From: Trichoplax sp. H2 | Lineage: Eukaryota | Reading direction: 5' to 3' | Length of the DNA: 64,000 bases | Assembly: GCA_003344405.1 (NCBI GenBank) | Contig: NOWV01000167.1 | Span: 1-64,000 of the forward strand | In this document: one piece after another, positions 39,901 to 54,900 of the stretch | Layout of the letters: every line of letters begins with the position of its first letter | How positions within the stretch are numbered: the first letter of the stretch is position 1 | Notes under the pieces: generated by a model | Database searches by the model: none | What the model was told of the DNA's origin: nothing | Seen by the model: only the letters and a program-made list of their open reading frames with translations | Program-made: the position numbers and the translations under genes

Positions 39901-42900
39901 CTCAGTATAAAAGTAATAGATTCATCGCTGTATGCTCATTAGTAAAAGTGATATGTAGCAATAATAAATTTTGATAGAACTGATGATTAACTATATTTAC
40001 AGAATATATCGTTTATCTCAATACTTGTCATACGGGAATATCTGTACTGTTGTGAATTGAATTATAGACATGTTCTTATTCATTTATGTTATTAACTGAA
40101 TAATTTCATTTTTAGTGTGACGAAAATATTCCTAATAACGTAACCTTTAAATATGGTGGATTTTACATCAATTCTAATGAAGTGGAATATCGGCGATTAA
40201 ATGATAGGTAATTTAACATACTTTCATGTAACTTTTCTTCTGCATATTATTTAAATTATTTCAACTTTACACTTATAACGAATATTAATTATCTTATGCA
40301 CTTATTATATTTATATACTGTTTGGTATTTACTGAGGTCAACACCATATCTAACTCTCTTAGTATAACAACACAAATTAATGAACTACTTTCTCATTATA
40401 GTGATGACGAATTCGTTAAAGTATCGAAAAAGAAGGTCAGCGTGATTTAGGTGTTACTATTACGTAAAATTTGCCTGGCGTTTGAAATATCTCTGTAATT
40501 ACAGATTTCAAAGAAACTCCTTAAGAAAAAGAAAAAGGATAAGACCGCTAAAGAAAAAACAAAGTTTGTACTCTAAACTATACATATGTAATTAAAAATT
40601 GCAGTCACACCCTCATCACTGAAACTAATCGGAAACTTTGTTACCTATCAAGATCGAAACCTAAATCAAAAGATTCGAAGTCTAATGCTGAGAAAGTTAA
40701 AAGACCACGTAAAGTTAGCGATAAACCTAAGGAAAAATTGAAAAAGAGCCCTACTAAAGTGAAAAAGGAACCCGTTGGTCCGTATGATTGCTTCTAGACA
40801 TATTTCCGGTATAACATAAAATCTAATGCTAACATATTTGTTAATAGATAAGATTAATCCACAAACAACCTTGCCGAAAGATTTACCGATGGAAATTATA
40901 GAGATGGTTAATCAAATAGTTGAGGTTCGTAATTTATTAGCCTTTTAGAATTTATTAATTTGCCGTACATTTCCATCCTATTATATCGATTGAAGATGAA
41001 TAACTTGGGCACAAATTACTACAAAGTTATAATGTTATATGAAATAGTTGAGATTACATAAATGAATTTTACAGTGCATCATTATCGCATTAGATGCGAA
41101 GATGTTTGACGCTAATTTAATCTCTACATAGATTGGTGGTAGTTTGAAGGACAAAGAGAATTTTGAAGATAGTCGAGCTCAAGAAATTCTCAATAAGTAT
41201 GCAAAATGCGAAACGATTGTATTCGGATACTTTTAGCATCATGATCTCGTAAATCAAATCAGTTGCTCATCGTCTTAATAATATTACCTTTACAATCGAT
41301 AGATTAGCGTCAAAATTTCGTTACTCAAATGTTTGTAGGAAAATGCGCGAGGTAAATGATATTGGATCGTTAGATGAAGAAAGTTTTCGAGATTACGGCT
41401 TTATTATAATCTTTTATTTTCTTAGAATGTCTGTATTTATTTAAAACATCACCTTCCCGGTTGTAAGAAGCCAGTTCGTTCAGTAATAATCAAAATGATG
41501 TTGAACGAAATTGTAAGTTTTTAGTGTTTAAAGACTGAATTTTGGTGATCAGATGTATATGGGTTATTATTATTATTATTATAGACTGATTATTCCTAAT
41601 TATGGGTTATTGTAGAAGGATGATCTAAATGCACGGATGAATGAATTAAAGGAAGGTAATCCTTGATTTTGAGAAATACGTTTGTTGTAGCGTTGGATGT
41701 GAAACTTGGAGCTAGACTAAGGATTTCTCGATTAAATTACCATGCCAGTAAACAATAAATGTCTTCCAAGTAACTAAAATTTTTTCTCCCTTATTCCTTT
41801 AGAAATCGACAAATGCATGGAATCACAGCAAAAAAATTATGATAAGATGGTTTCTCAGTTAGAAAGGCGAGCAAAAATCTGAATTAATTATGGAAATATT
41901 ATTTATTGACTTTACTTTCATGATAACTACATTTTTCGTATAATCACGAAACATTGGAAAGTAGTTGTCAACCGCCTACTAAAGCAGAAGTAAGTTTCGT
42001 ATAAATTTGTGGAAGGGTATTTGCAATATTAGTTGACAAAATATGATATTCATTGTGGATAGCATAGTCACGGTGTGTCTAATTAAATATTATTCGTTTA
42101 CAGACAGGGGATAATAAGGAAAATTCAGATGATAGTGATATGAACGACCACACTGAAAAAGAAGTAATGGATTAATGTACTGTGTATTTCCCAAATTGTT
42201 GTAATGTGAATTTTTATGTAATGGATATATGGACAATACCTAACAATTGCCACGGTCTTTTGATGCTGAGTAATTTATAATAGCGATTTTTTAATTTATC
42301 GTTGGTCAGCTTATTGATAGTAATCAACTTGTGTTTGAAGTATTTCAGGATAATTCATCTGTATTTGCGATGCATTTTCTGCTATAACATAACGTTGCAG
42401 TAATAGCTATATAGTTACAGGACATAAAGTATTAAATTTTTTGATATAGAAGTCTAAGGAAGATCAAGAGAAGCAAGATAAAAAGCGCCTTCCGAGAAAA
42501 TCTTTCCAATGGAACGAAACGTTACGGTACTAACCAAATTTTGTCTAGCTGTGCATGAGTGATTTTAATAATCCCAACCACGATATTTATACTTAATGCC
42601 ACCTTACTTGAAAATATACGTCGTGATGTTTATAGCCAGCTGCTGGAAAAAATTGTAATACTGAAGGAAGAATTCACTAAATTGTCATCCAATCGAGTTA
42701 GTCTTTCTGATAATTGGTTAACGGAGTTAAAGGTAACAGCGGCGATTGTTTTTACAGAGCTGATGCTTTGAAAGTCTTTCACACTCGTATTCTAAAATCC
42801 CTTTACCATTTTAGCTCTTTTTCGACAAAGAAGTAAAAACACTGTGGCCTAAAGGATGGATGAATAAAGGGTAAAATATAATTGCAATAGTTGTAACGAT

Positions 42901-43689
42901 TACATATGTTTTTCCAATAATTATAATAAATATTTTCTGTATTTCGCCGAAGGGATGTACTAAGGGAAGTTAAGCATCTTGTCCACTTGCCGAAATCTGA
43001 AAAGTAATGATATTTTTTGTTGAATTACTATCAACAAGCTATTTTATATTAATCTTCTCATTTCAGTAGTTTCAACATTTCTTTTTAAATTTTCTGTTAC
43101 AGATCAAAAATTGGTCAAGGTATTCCTTAACGGTTTTACAAATCACCACTATGTTCACATGAGTGACATCTTATTGTATTGATATAATCCTTGGGAAAAG
43201 ATAGTGTATAATAATTAAGATTAACTCAATTTGACCGGCATTAAAGAGTATTAAAATTTGTATTGTATAGGTCGCAAAAAGAAGGAATCTTCAAGTAAAG
43301 GCGGGAAATCAAAGGTATGGATAAAAATGATGGAAAATAATTTTTGAGATTGTATTAAGCAATGGACGTGATAGCTGGCATTTAATTATTGAAAACTGAT
43401 AAAGTTGAACACCTGATACTGTCAGCTTTCTTGATTGTGACTTTCTTTTGTTTTCCTTAGCAAATTAGTAAACGATGGGATTCACACTCACAAGCGACCT
43501 CAAGCACTCCTATTAAGGAATCAAGTGAAGGTACTATCTCACAATATATTCTTTCAAGTTACTATTAGTATATCCATACTCCTTTTGCAGAAAATATGTC
43601 GGTAATCGGACATCTGTTGCATTAATATTTTAGGTGAGGTCGCCTCGCCAGCAAAAGTACCAATGTTTGGAAATACTCCGCTGATATAA
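36917..43689 (+). CDS. UBN1: Ubinuclein (HIRA complex subunit), about 20 small exons
   Basis: TVRVNLTL..EFSYPTLL (exon 36917-37102); HUN domain GYDANDTFIDD (39683-39748) and KYGGFYINS (40116-40207); LPKDLP; LPRKSFQWNETLR; FFDKEVKTLWPKGWMNK; in-phase last exon ends in TAA at 43689. Confidence 0.9.
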
Positions 43690-46335
43690 CGTACTCTAGA
43701 TTAGATTAGGAAATATTAACTTACGATTATTATAAAATTCCTTGAACAAACATTCCCCTTTCTTTTGATTATTTGTATTATTTTTATTAACAATTATACT
43801 CAACTGAGATAATTTAGATTCCTCTGATTATCAATCAGTATTGGTAGGCGCCTGGTAGCAAGTGTACAATTGTTACCATTATTGGCATAACTTTTTACAG
43901 TATTAACTGTGAAATCAGCGGAATCACGTAAACTTATGTTATTGAAACCATCGTTCGCATGTATTATAATTAATTATGATACTCGTAAATAGACATATAC
44001 AGGAAACTATTGAGAGTAGTCACATGCAGAAATAGTAGACCCCTTTAGATTTGAGATCATGTAAATTCTTTTATTTATATTAACAGTTAGTTTGATCTAT
44101 ACTGTATATAAATTTTTTACATCGTACATGTTACGCTACTTTGTAGCGTTACGGCACTAGGATATAATATGTGTGTCATGTATTTTTACGGAGAAACTAG
44201 AAATATCGGTAGTGTACTGATCTGCATGGCTGCAGTCCATTGTAAATTTCTCTATGCTTAGTTCTTGTGTGAAGACATTTGATTGTAATTCATAAAGCTG
44301 TAAGCCATAAATTCGTACTTATAGCGAAAAAAATTTTGAAAGTTAGGAATACTATATTCGAGTAACATGATAATATGCGGATTGTAAAGTTATTACAAAT
44401 AAGCTTATTGGATGTAGTATCTGCAATATGTGAACTGCGATTCCAGATTACTTACATTGTTACTGCAAGCACAAAATAAAGCGTATGATTTTGGCGTATT
44501 CAGTAATAGACTTGCTGTTGTTAGGTAAGACCTAATAAAATCTATATGTTACAAGTGAATGTAAGTATAATTCGTACAGGAGGCCTCCTGATAAACGTAT
44601 AAAATTATTGGTAAGTACGTTAGTATGAGCGTTTGTCACATGTTGGTTTATGATAGATTAAAACCCAACGGAAGTTCAATTCTAGTCACCCGGTAAGGGT
44701 AAATTGCTACTATTTCCCATTTATACGATAACAGTAATTTCTAATTAGTATACTGTCATCAACTATACATACAACGTGCTGCGTTAATGATAGATTGCAA
44801 TTCTCCTCATTAACTAGCAGGCAACAGAACGATTTCAAAATTATTTTCTATTCTTGTTACCTTAATTCTTTGTACATAAGCTTAGCAAATATCATAGGAG
44901 TATAGATTTTTCCCCCCTTTTATAGATCGTGCTTTAAAGTTTGTACGGTATAATAGTTCTTAGATATTATTCATGCAGAATCCGGCTGAGGTAGAGAGTC
45001 AAGTACGTTTTTGCGATTGTCATGATTTCAATTAATTAAAAGTGGGTAAGTGCCTTGATCGTGTGGCAACATTTTGCAGAAACCACTGCAAGATGTCGAA
45101 TAGTCTGCTGACTACTAAAGTAATGGTGGATTATAGTCATTATAATGAAATGGTGCAATGGTACTATTATCTAACTCACTCTGCGGTATCATTGATAAAG
45201 TAGCGATTTAATTAAGGTGTGCTATTCTGCCAAGATTACGAAGAGATAGCTTAAAGCAACGAATGTGCAACATATTTTAGCTGACAAATTATTTGCAGAA
45301 TATGAGCTTCTTATTGTCTGGAATGTATAATGATTGACATTAATAAACTTCTAAATATAATCGTAGATACCTATTATATACTTTTCACGGTACGTACTAT
45401 CGTAAAATATTAAATATTAAATGACTAAATTTAGCGAATTTAACATCTCTATATATGGGGATTAGAATTGATTATTTACCGTAGGAATAATTGAAGTTAT
45501 AATGTGTGACAGTAAAATTATATGCAACACTGCAATGAAATTGTTATATATTAATTGATTACAGTACAAGCTCTTGTGGCTGCAATTCTGACTAAAGAGT
45601 AGAGGTACTAAATGGATTCTATGAATGGATGTACAGTACTTTACTGTAATTCGACTGTGTAAAATTAGTCAGTAGATGTCCATATCCATAAGTATTGTTG
45701 TACTGTAAGATGATTCATCAATGATAGCTGCTGTTGAAGGGTATATTAAGCCTAGCAGATAGTAGAATAAAATCAGTTCTCTAGTTGTGTAATGTAGAAG
45801 AGAAGGTGACTGAGCTCTTGTTAGTAGTCAAGGGATACTGAATCTCGAAGACTAGAAATTTAGAGATTTGTTTTCGAGTAAACCTTGTCACAAAGCTGGT
45901 TTAATGTAATACTTTTAAGAACTAGATGAGATAAATTTGATATTAGTTTTGAAGGATTTGGCCTATGGGTCTTGAATAATTAGCTGGCTAATTAGATAGG
46001 AAATAAATCGGACTAGTTGAAGGCTGAGATAGAGGAAATTAGCCTGCAGCACTAATCAAGATCTTAGAGAAAGGGTAGTTAGTTCAATCAACCGTAGAGC
46101 AAATCGATATAATCCCTCAGAAGATTGCCCAGATAATCATCTATTTGGGCGAGTAATGATTTTTTATAAATTGTATGGGTTGGATTATTATTTCGTCTTT
46201 ATCATTATCGTTTCAACACCACGAATTGTCTTGCTTAATTCAACTTTTTATTTATAACTTATAGTTAGATCTGATCTAAGATAATATTGAAACCATGGCT
46301 AATTTTAGCCTGCAGTATACATGTCAAAGAATGAT

Positions 46336-48849
46336 TTAATTGAAAAATACTCTGCGCGCATTAAGTGGTTGAGCTGGACGGAAGTTATTAACCATCAAAA
46401 CGCCAGGATCGATAGCATCTCCAGTGTAAACTTGAGTTCTTAATTTGTTAAGCTGAGAAATCGAAGAGTTAAAGTAGGTAAATAGAGTATTTTATGATAT
46501 AGTTAAACTAGGCTAGAAATACTTTGTATTTATAATCACATAGATGTAACAAATAATTATGAGTGGTGCCTAATTCTAATTGAAATTCGATATATTGTAC
46601 TTAAGAAAAGACAGCTAAAGTTTAAAAATAATCTTGATGACTAGTAGAGTACGCTGCCTTTTTCATTATAGTTAATTCAGCCTAATAATTTACATTAAAA
46701 TTAAACATGGATAGAATTTCATACCTGAGCATCAGTTGCGTGGATATGATTATTAAGAACAACCCATGTAACAGATTCATCACAAGTTGGTGTAGTTAAA
46801 GAACCAGCGTAAGTGGCATAGTATTGATGATGGGGCATTAATTTAGAGACATCAAAATTTGCGATGTAATGGGTATCACCTAAAGATTTTGTGATAAATA
46901 CATACTGAAAGGATTAGCATTAAAGTGGTGAAATAATGCCAAATGAAATATTGTCAAAGAATTTTAAGATTTTTTTCACTTAGAGCAGCAAAGATAATTA
47001 CATAATAGTTAGGGATTACATAGAAAAATTTTAATCGACATACCAGCATATTTAACGTATTGGGCGTTGTTTGCAATCTTATCGAATTCGTTATGATGTT
47101 TAGCATGGAGCTAATTAGAGAAATGGTTTTAAATAATTAATTATGGAACAAGATAGGAGACATTTACAATGGTAAAATTAGCCTAACAACGGCTCAAATC
47201 GGGTTCTATTTTGCGGTAATGATTACTAATACTAAAGTATCGCACAATTGCCGTTATTATATGAATCATGGAAAATTAAGCAAATCCTATTGACCATTTC
47301 TTAATCTAAATTAGATCAACAAGATGCATACTGTGTGACAAAGCATTAATTTTAGAGTGGTATAGCAATATTTTGCTTAACACATAGATGGTCAACTAAT
47401 AATAACATACATCAACAAGACCACCAATAACAGCGAGGCCATTGGCATTATCAGCGGCATCAGTAATGCTAAGGTACATGTCACTATTATAAAAGACAAA
47501 ATGGACCTAAAATTTTCAAAAAAGTAAGACTTCACTTAGATAAAAAATGGCATATTTCTGCTAGTTATTAATTTAAATAATTATATTGATTATCAACAGC
47601 CATTTTTGGAATGAGTTTAAATTTTTATATGATGGTAGTTGAGATTTTCAACCTCACCTCTGCAGCGAAAGCACGACCATTAAGACGATGTTCTGATCCT
47701 TTAGTAGCGTCCGAACCGAAATGCACGTGGAATTGTCCAAGTCTATAGTTGTAGCTGAATGGTCCACCAGTAACAGAGTAAGAAAAAGTAGGATCTAAGG
47801 TACATTGGACAGCATGACCAGTATTGATTAAAGTACAGCCACCAGAAGGGGTGCCAGTAAATACTAAAGGAGACATGTTCGGGATGTGAATCATGTTAGC
47901 AGTTACAATATCGATAGGTGATTGTTTCTTGCCGCCGCATAATTTGAAATCGTTAGCCCATGAAAGAGGATCAACTAATATGATAAAAATCAAAATTAGG
48001 AACGAAGGCTGTGATGAAGTTAACTCAGTATAATATAATTGAGGTAAATAAATGTGACTGCAAATATCCTTAGATTATACTTTCTTCCAAATCTGATGAC
48101 TACTAGACTTTATCTTTAACTACTGGTTCTCGTTCAGTAATGGATATCATATCGTGGTTGATATTATTAGATGAAAACAATGCTAAAAGGTAATAATAGA
48201 ATAAAATTGGACTGCATATACTACTTCATAACCGCTATTGTTAAAACCAATTTGTCAATTCAGTAAATTAACTAGATATTGCGCATATTAATTATATGCG
48301 CATCAGAATATGAATCGCATAAGAAAGTGATTCACAAATGCAAATGACCAATTTGAATTATTCTGTACTGTAGCTATGAACTATTCCATGTCTATGTTAG
48401 GTAATAGGATTACATAATGTCGATCATTCATTAATTAAAGACTGCTAGAAAAAAATAATGACTACCGATAATTGTAATTAGTCATTTCATAGATATATAT
48501 GTACGCGTATAAGGAAAATTTTTGCATACTGGTCGTTTTATTTCTGTATTTTTATTCATTTTATACCGAGGTGTGAAGCAAAACGTATATGTTAGCAAAA
48601 TAGAATTAAGATTAAATCAAGTTTTTACTTCCGTGGCCGCCGTATCCCCAAGTGCTAGCGCTTGCGTCTAAAATAATTATAAAAAAAGACTTTTACAAGA
48701 AAGAAATATCAAATTATAGGTCATTTTTTGCTTTATCTACAGCTGCAATTTCAAATTAGAACTACTTTGAAACATATTAAATTGAATGCATTTAATTTAC
48801 CAGCAACAAGACAAATTAAAATAATTCCAGAAAAGATTTTAGCAATCAT
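46336..48849 (-). CDS. Secreted alpha-carbonic anhydrase; exons 48849-48801, 48667-48629, 47974-47658, 47506-47411, 47110-47044, about 46879-46725, 46452-46336
   Basis: Signal peptide MIAKIFSGIILICLVA; motifs WGY, CGGKKQSPIDI, QFHVHFG, GSEH, EVHFV, YAGSLTTPTCDESVTW and NNFRPAQPLN. No TM or GPI tail. Confidence 0.95.
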
Positions 48850-48949
48850 GATGACAATTTTACAACTGAGAGAAGTGATGATAATAGTGTCACAAATTCA
48901 CAGCAATCCAGTGCGTGTGGTAAGCGAAAAATTTCGTTTCTGCGAGCCT

Positions 48950-48956
48950 ATTTATA
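48950..48956 (-). promoter_or_regulatory. Candidate TATA box of carbonic anhydrase
   Basis: CTATAAATAGG on the minus strand, about 100 bp upstream of the ATG. Confidence 0.5.
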
Positions 48957-51900
48957 GAGTTACACTGGCAATGGGGCGGAGATAGCTTAAGTAAACAAAT
49001 AGGGTCGAAGTCACAAGGCGAAAGAAGTGCTAGCATTAATTAATTAATCAAGGATTGTTTCCACCTGAATTTCTGCTTGCATAGTTGAATTGATAATATA
49101 ATTAGGCATGATTTGGAATTATTTCGTTCGTCATCAACATATTTCTATGTCATTATACACATTTATTATTTATATTGATTTATTATCGGGTAATCAAGGA
49201 TATGCCATGGTTATTAACTGGCAGAAAGTGAATATATCTTAAGTGAATTAGTATTTTACTAGTAATAACATTAGATATGAAGGTGAAATGATAGTTGCGA
49301 CATTGTCTATTCCATAATACTCAATCACTACGTATAAACGAATTTGTTACAATGTATGCCCACTATGAAATGCATCGAGATCAACGTGAATAGATCAGAT
49401 ATCACCCTGTTTCTGCTATTTTTTGATAAGACAAAAAATATTATTAGCGAAAATAGTCCGGTAACTGTACTAATGAAAACAGATTGGATAGATAAGAATT
49501 AAGTGTGCCTTAGTTTGATAAGGGAGATAATAACCCTTAAAACTACGAGATTAAAAATGTAGGAATCGAACGAGTATAACAGGCGAGATAGGTAATAAGA
49601 TTTTAGTTGAATAAAAAGATTGATATGAAGAGTTTAGAAACTGAATATGAGAGATTGACAGCATCGAATATTTACAGTATATGATTAATAAAGAGTAACA
49701 CATCGATTGGATAGATTTTGTTACTTTCAACATATTGTAGAGAAACATCATAGTATTGATTATTACGGCAGATTGCATATTAGCCTATTCAATAATGTAG
49801 TATCAATCCTTTTTTATCAGCTTGATAACTCCTGTATCTTTCGATGAGCATAGAGGACAGGTAGTACAGCTATCCAGTCATACTTTGTTCTCGAAAGTAA
49901 AGCTCTAACAGAATGGAAAAGGTGCTACAATATAATATAGGATTCACGAATTATTGTTATTCATTAATTATTACTCTTAACAAGAATTTCATAATCCAAG
50001 CAGCCGTCGATTATGGTAATCTTTAGTTTCATTAAATGAATCGATTTTGTTCTTTGTTAATCTTGCGATCGAATAAATTAACTAAGACACGTGGGTAAAC
50101 ATCATTAATTGGTGAAATCCGATAGTATTGGTGACATTTGATTAATTTTATACTCTATCATGTTCTGGACAGAATAGAAATTGTTTTCTATCTCACGCAA
50201 TATTATTGTCACTGGCTATCACGTAGACCATTAAAAATTTTTCATATCCGAATAATTTTAAATTATCTTCTTAATTAGTCATTAATTAATTATTACTCAA
50301 TACACGGCTTTAACTTAGCCGGTATTGAAAGTTATGGGGTATGACTCCGATCCGATCCGATCCGTCGATCGCTTGTTATTGCTATAATGACCAGTCTAGT
50401 TCCATTTTACTTATACTATTACAGTTGGTTAGCAAAGTTCGTTGCTATTACATCATTTATGTTATTCATTGTAATCATTTTTATCATTATAAGGTATGAA
50501 TAGGTAATAATTGTTTACGTAGATGCGGCTACAGCGACGTAATTTTATCGGCAATTTACATTATAATAAGAATTCATAAACGGACAACTTCAGTATGGAT
50601 GTGATACTATTATACTATAATTAATTAAATCTTTAAAATGGAATTACTATAAATTCAAAAATATTAGAACGAAAGATGCAGAGAGATCGATAAATTAGCG
50701 TATTATAGGGATTGATGCAACTCACGGTTTTATTGGATTAAGTTGATTATTAATTTACAAAATTGTAATCATTAATGTAGTAATTTGATGCTCAGGAGCG
50801 AAAGTTATTTCGAAAGTTAACGATTATTAAAGCTTATCATGGACGAGCGATATTTAATATGGTTTTAATCATTACGTTATGGGTTTGCATATCAAGGCCA
50901 ATTAGTAGTTAATATCATATTCATGTATGTATGTTGGTAGTCTACTCTTAGTCGCTTTGTAAATAAGTGAAATGTCAATTATGGCAACTTCCTCCTACAG
51001 CTAGGTATCACTGTAAGCATAATCATGCGAAGCGAAGTATTTTATGCTGTAACTGCAATTTTCCGGTCATCAGAAAGTGAATTCAACTGAAGCAATCCTG
51101 TTGCCATATATTCAATCCAAAATGATCGAAAATACGCTTTCTGAATTAAACGGATTTAAAGCTAATTAGTTATATATATATATATATAAAGTGCGTTCAT
51201 CAATTTATCTATCAATCAAACTATGTTAAGGAGTATTATGTAAGGATCACGAGATTACCACTGTAAGCTGTAGACAATGCTATATGGGAAGGATCATTGC
51301 TGTAGATTAGAAAACCTAATTATTTAATTTTCCCACATCTGTCTTAGTATTGTTTTCTGAAAACTATTATTTTACGAAATACATTAGTTGATATCATTGC
51401 TTGAATGTTATTTCACTTAAAGTCAGAAGACTTTAAAAGAAAAAAATCTTAAAATTGATAAGAGACCTATAATAGTCGCGGATGTATGTAATCCGAAAGA
51501 CAATCGTTTAAATTACTTTAATTTACAGTAGAACTACTTCACAGATTATCCGTACATTTAATGGGTTATATTATATTTTCCTTTATATGTAAGTTATCAA
51601 TATATAACAGCGAGATGTAGCACTTAGTGTGATATACATTACTTCATGTCTACTATGCTTATAAACGCTACCTCCGATGAAGCCTTAATTGATTTAAAAT
51701 TAAAAATTATTATTGTCACCATAAAATAGTAACTGTGATCATTAATCTTACAAGTAGCAAACGCTCTTTTTTATTTCAATTTCATACAAGCTATGATATC
51801 GCAAAGCTAGAAATGAATCTTAAATCTAAATTAAACGTGATAACATTTTACTACTGATGACCGATAAATAGTTGGACTATGGACGCGTCAGTGATGGTCA

Positions 51901-54900
51901 TTGTAAATCTATAAAGGATAAAGTTGTTTTTTGTTAGTTATTCATTTCGAATTTTGAATTTAGTAATTACATAATTAGAAAGGACTTTGATATTATTATT
52001 GACGTATTTTTTTAATTGGTTAATGTTTACTTAGTTATTATCTACTGTTTCTTAATCATTAATTATTTCTTTACGCTTACTAACGGGTGATAGGCAGACG
52101 AATTTAACGGGAGGATTGACTATTTATTGCTATACTTATCGCCTGGGAAAGTAAAAATATGCTACGTGTTTTTTTCTGATCCACCTTGTATTACTTAATT
52201 AGATAACAATGTAAGTTAATTGTATGCTTATTTTAAATTAATCTGTTAGTGAGATTAAAGGTAATAGAAATTGATCGTTTCGCAGTCTGGCTGAATGATT
52301 TAGTTTAATCATTATAGTCCAGATCGAATGAGGCCTTGTTTTAGTGAACCTCTGTTGCTGTATATCAGTTAAGTAGTGAGATTAGATTTTTTCTTATTCA
52401 AAACTTATTTCGATACCAATCCGGGGTTAAATTCCTAATACATCTCATCAATATTATGCTCTAGACCCTTAAAATAATGTAAAAGCTATTATTAAAGATA
52501 ATTGAACAGTTATTGTCGTTACTGAAATCCTTTTGTACTCAACATGATCCACTTATAAAAATGTCATTATTTTCAAGCAGTATTTCGTGTTTTAGCTTTG
52601 TAGGAGATCATTTATTAATTACCATTTGGTGCTATCTTAGGTTGTAAATTCTCTGTTCTATTGTTATGAACATTATCTTTCGGTTAGCTATGTAATGAGA
52701 TTAGTATATTATCATTTCTATTTACATTTGGCTTCTGTAAGTTAAGACGAGTAATAGGGTAGTAAGAGTATATTTGAAGATTGTTGATATTATACTTCCT
52801 TTAATTATTAATTTGATTACGAGCAGCAATTTTTCAGTTAAGATACTTATATTTCATCTTTGCTTCAGTATATATTAGCTTTAATTGTTATTGTATTTAT
52901 AGGATTTAAACTGTTGTTACTAATTGATTTTGTATTTATCAAAGTAATTGCAATCAATTAATGCAGCATTGACATTTTAGACTCTAATTCTAGAATGAGG
53001 ATCATCTAACTACTGAGCTCTAGTATACGTATGCTCATATTATTTTTATCATGCTTAGAAGCTATGATTAACTATAAATTGGTTCACATATGTTATCTAA
53101 TAGGCAGTCATTATTAGATTAACTGATATTAAATTTAAAAGATGATATTTTATAGTAGATACAATTGTAGTCCAGCTGATAAATGAAGTACAGACTTGTA
53201 GCAAGTTTATTCTTTTAATCCTGTATCATATGTGTCAGTGGTACAGATCAGTACAAAAAACTTTCACGTACAAGTTCCATTGAAATATTTCCATGCTACA
53301 GGAATTATTTTTCCGTCATTATTTCGAACCAAATTGAAGTTTGCAGATCATTTGCAAAATTTGTCATTATATTTGTGAAATTATCAGATCCTTCTGATTA
53401 GTTGTTATAAATTTATTACATTTGTAACGATTGTAAACGTATTACTATTCTAATTGATCTAAACATATAACTATTTTGCCAACCCAATGGTATTATCAAT
53501 GCGATAATGAATAATATTTATTTTCAGGTAGCCTGAAGTTGTTAATGAAGTTTTTGATATGCATATTATATTGGATAAAATTAAAAGAAAGTCTAAGGTT
53601 CAAGATAAGAGTCCGTTCGCATTACATTATTTTTGACTTGTTTTGTTTGATTGGCATTCTCATTTATTGATAAATATTTTTCATTGGTCAAATAGGTCGC
53701 GACCTGTTTATAAGATGATTCAGCACAGTTCTAAAACCCATCGGTTAATTTGACAGTTTTAGTCTTATTAACATAATATTTGCACAGTCATGACTTCATA
53801 AGTCATTGGGTTCGAAGTTCTACATCAGATGCTGTCCTCGTGAATTCAATTTGTTGACTGTTGATTAAGTCAATGTGCCGGCAGTTAAATCAATAGCGTT
53901 CATGTATACGTTTTATCAGCATAATTATTGATTCATCTGCTCTAACATTCTTAGAATTAAATTCGACGCCCATCATCAGGCTAATAGGTTATTATTGTTA
54001 TTAGATAATAGACAACAAGATGATTGTTATTACTCATACAGATAAAGAGATTAGCTTAGATAAGGCACAATTATTCCGATGACTTATACTCGTGCGTGTA
54101 TCCATCTAAGTAATGGTATGCACAAAAATTAGACAGGAAACTCAATAGAATGCTATAATCGGTTTATATACGTAACATTATTCCTGGAAGTAAATTAACG
54201 CCTGGAATTTTACCTTATTAGATTTAGTTTTTTGTTGAAGTGGATGGATTAATGGTCAGATTAATAATTAATGAGATGAAAGTTTTATTTGCGTGGGAGG
54301 CAACGGACCAAGATAGATAGAATAACATTTGCACACAGCCTTCTCATGCGGATTCTTTTCTTCCTGGAATATTTTTTAAAATTTTCGTAATCTGATCATT
54401 TCTCGTACTTTTATTACTTAACAATTAGCAATATTGTCAAGGTGGGTAATCTGAAACAGTAGCCAGTTCAAAAGAAATTTATATATTATTATGTTGATTG
54501 CCTATTGCGATCAGGTGAATTTTAACGACGGATATTACTAAAGTAATCGATATTAACAGTTATTTTTTCTATTATTTTATTTAAGAAATGTTGAGCATCC
54601 ATGTTATATGCATTGCAAGATAAAGTAGTAACAATTCTCTTCTAGTTATTAACAAACACGCTAGTCTAACTTTATTTGATTACGTGTACGATATACTCGT
54701 ATTTTCATTTGATTCTTTTCTTCATGTGCAGATGATATCATGTGAATTATGTGTTTTACATAAACGAGCAAGCAATAAGGGTTGCTGCAATGGCATGCTT
54801 ATTTTCGAGAGTACATCAACGGACAAACATTACTGTTGTATTTATGGAATGTTGTATGGCACTAGTATCAAAAGCTCTTTTTGATGTTTAATTGTTTGAT

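Noticed and set aside
53808-53820. GGTTCGAA B-box-like motif
   Set aside because: No A-box or cloverleaf around it.
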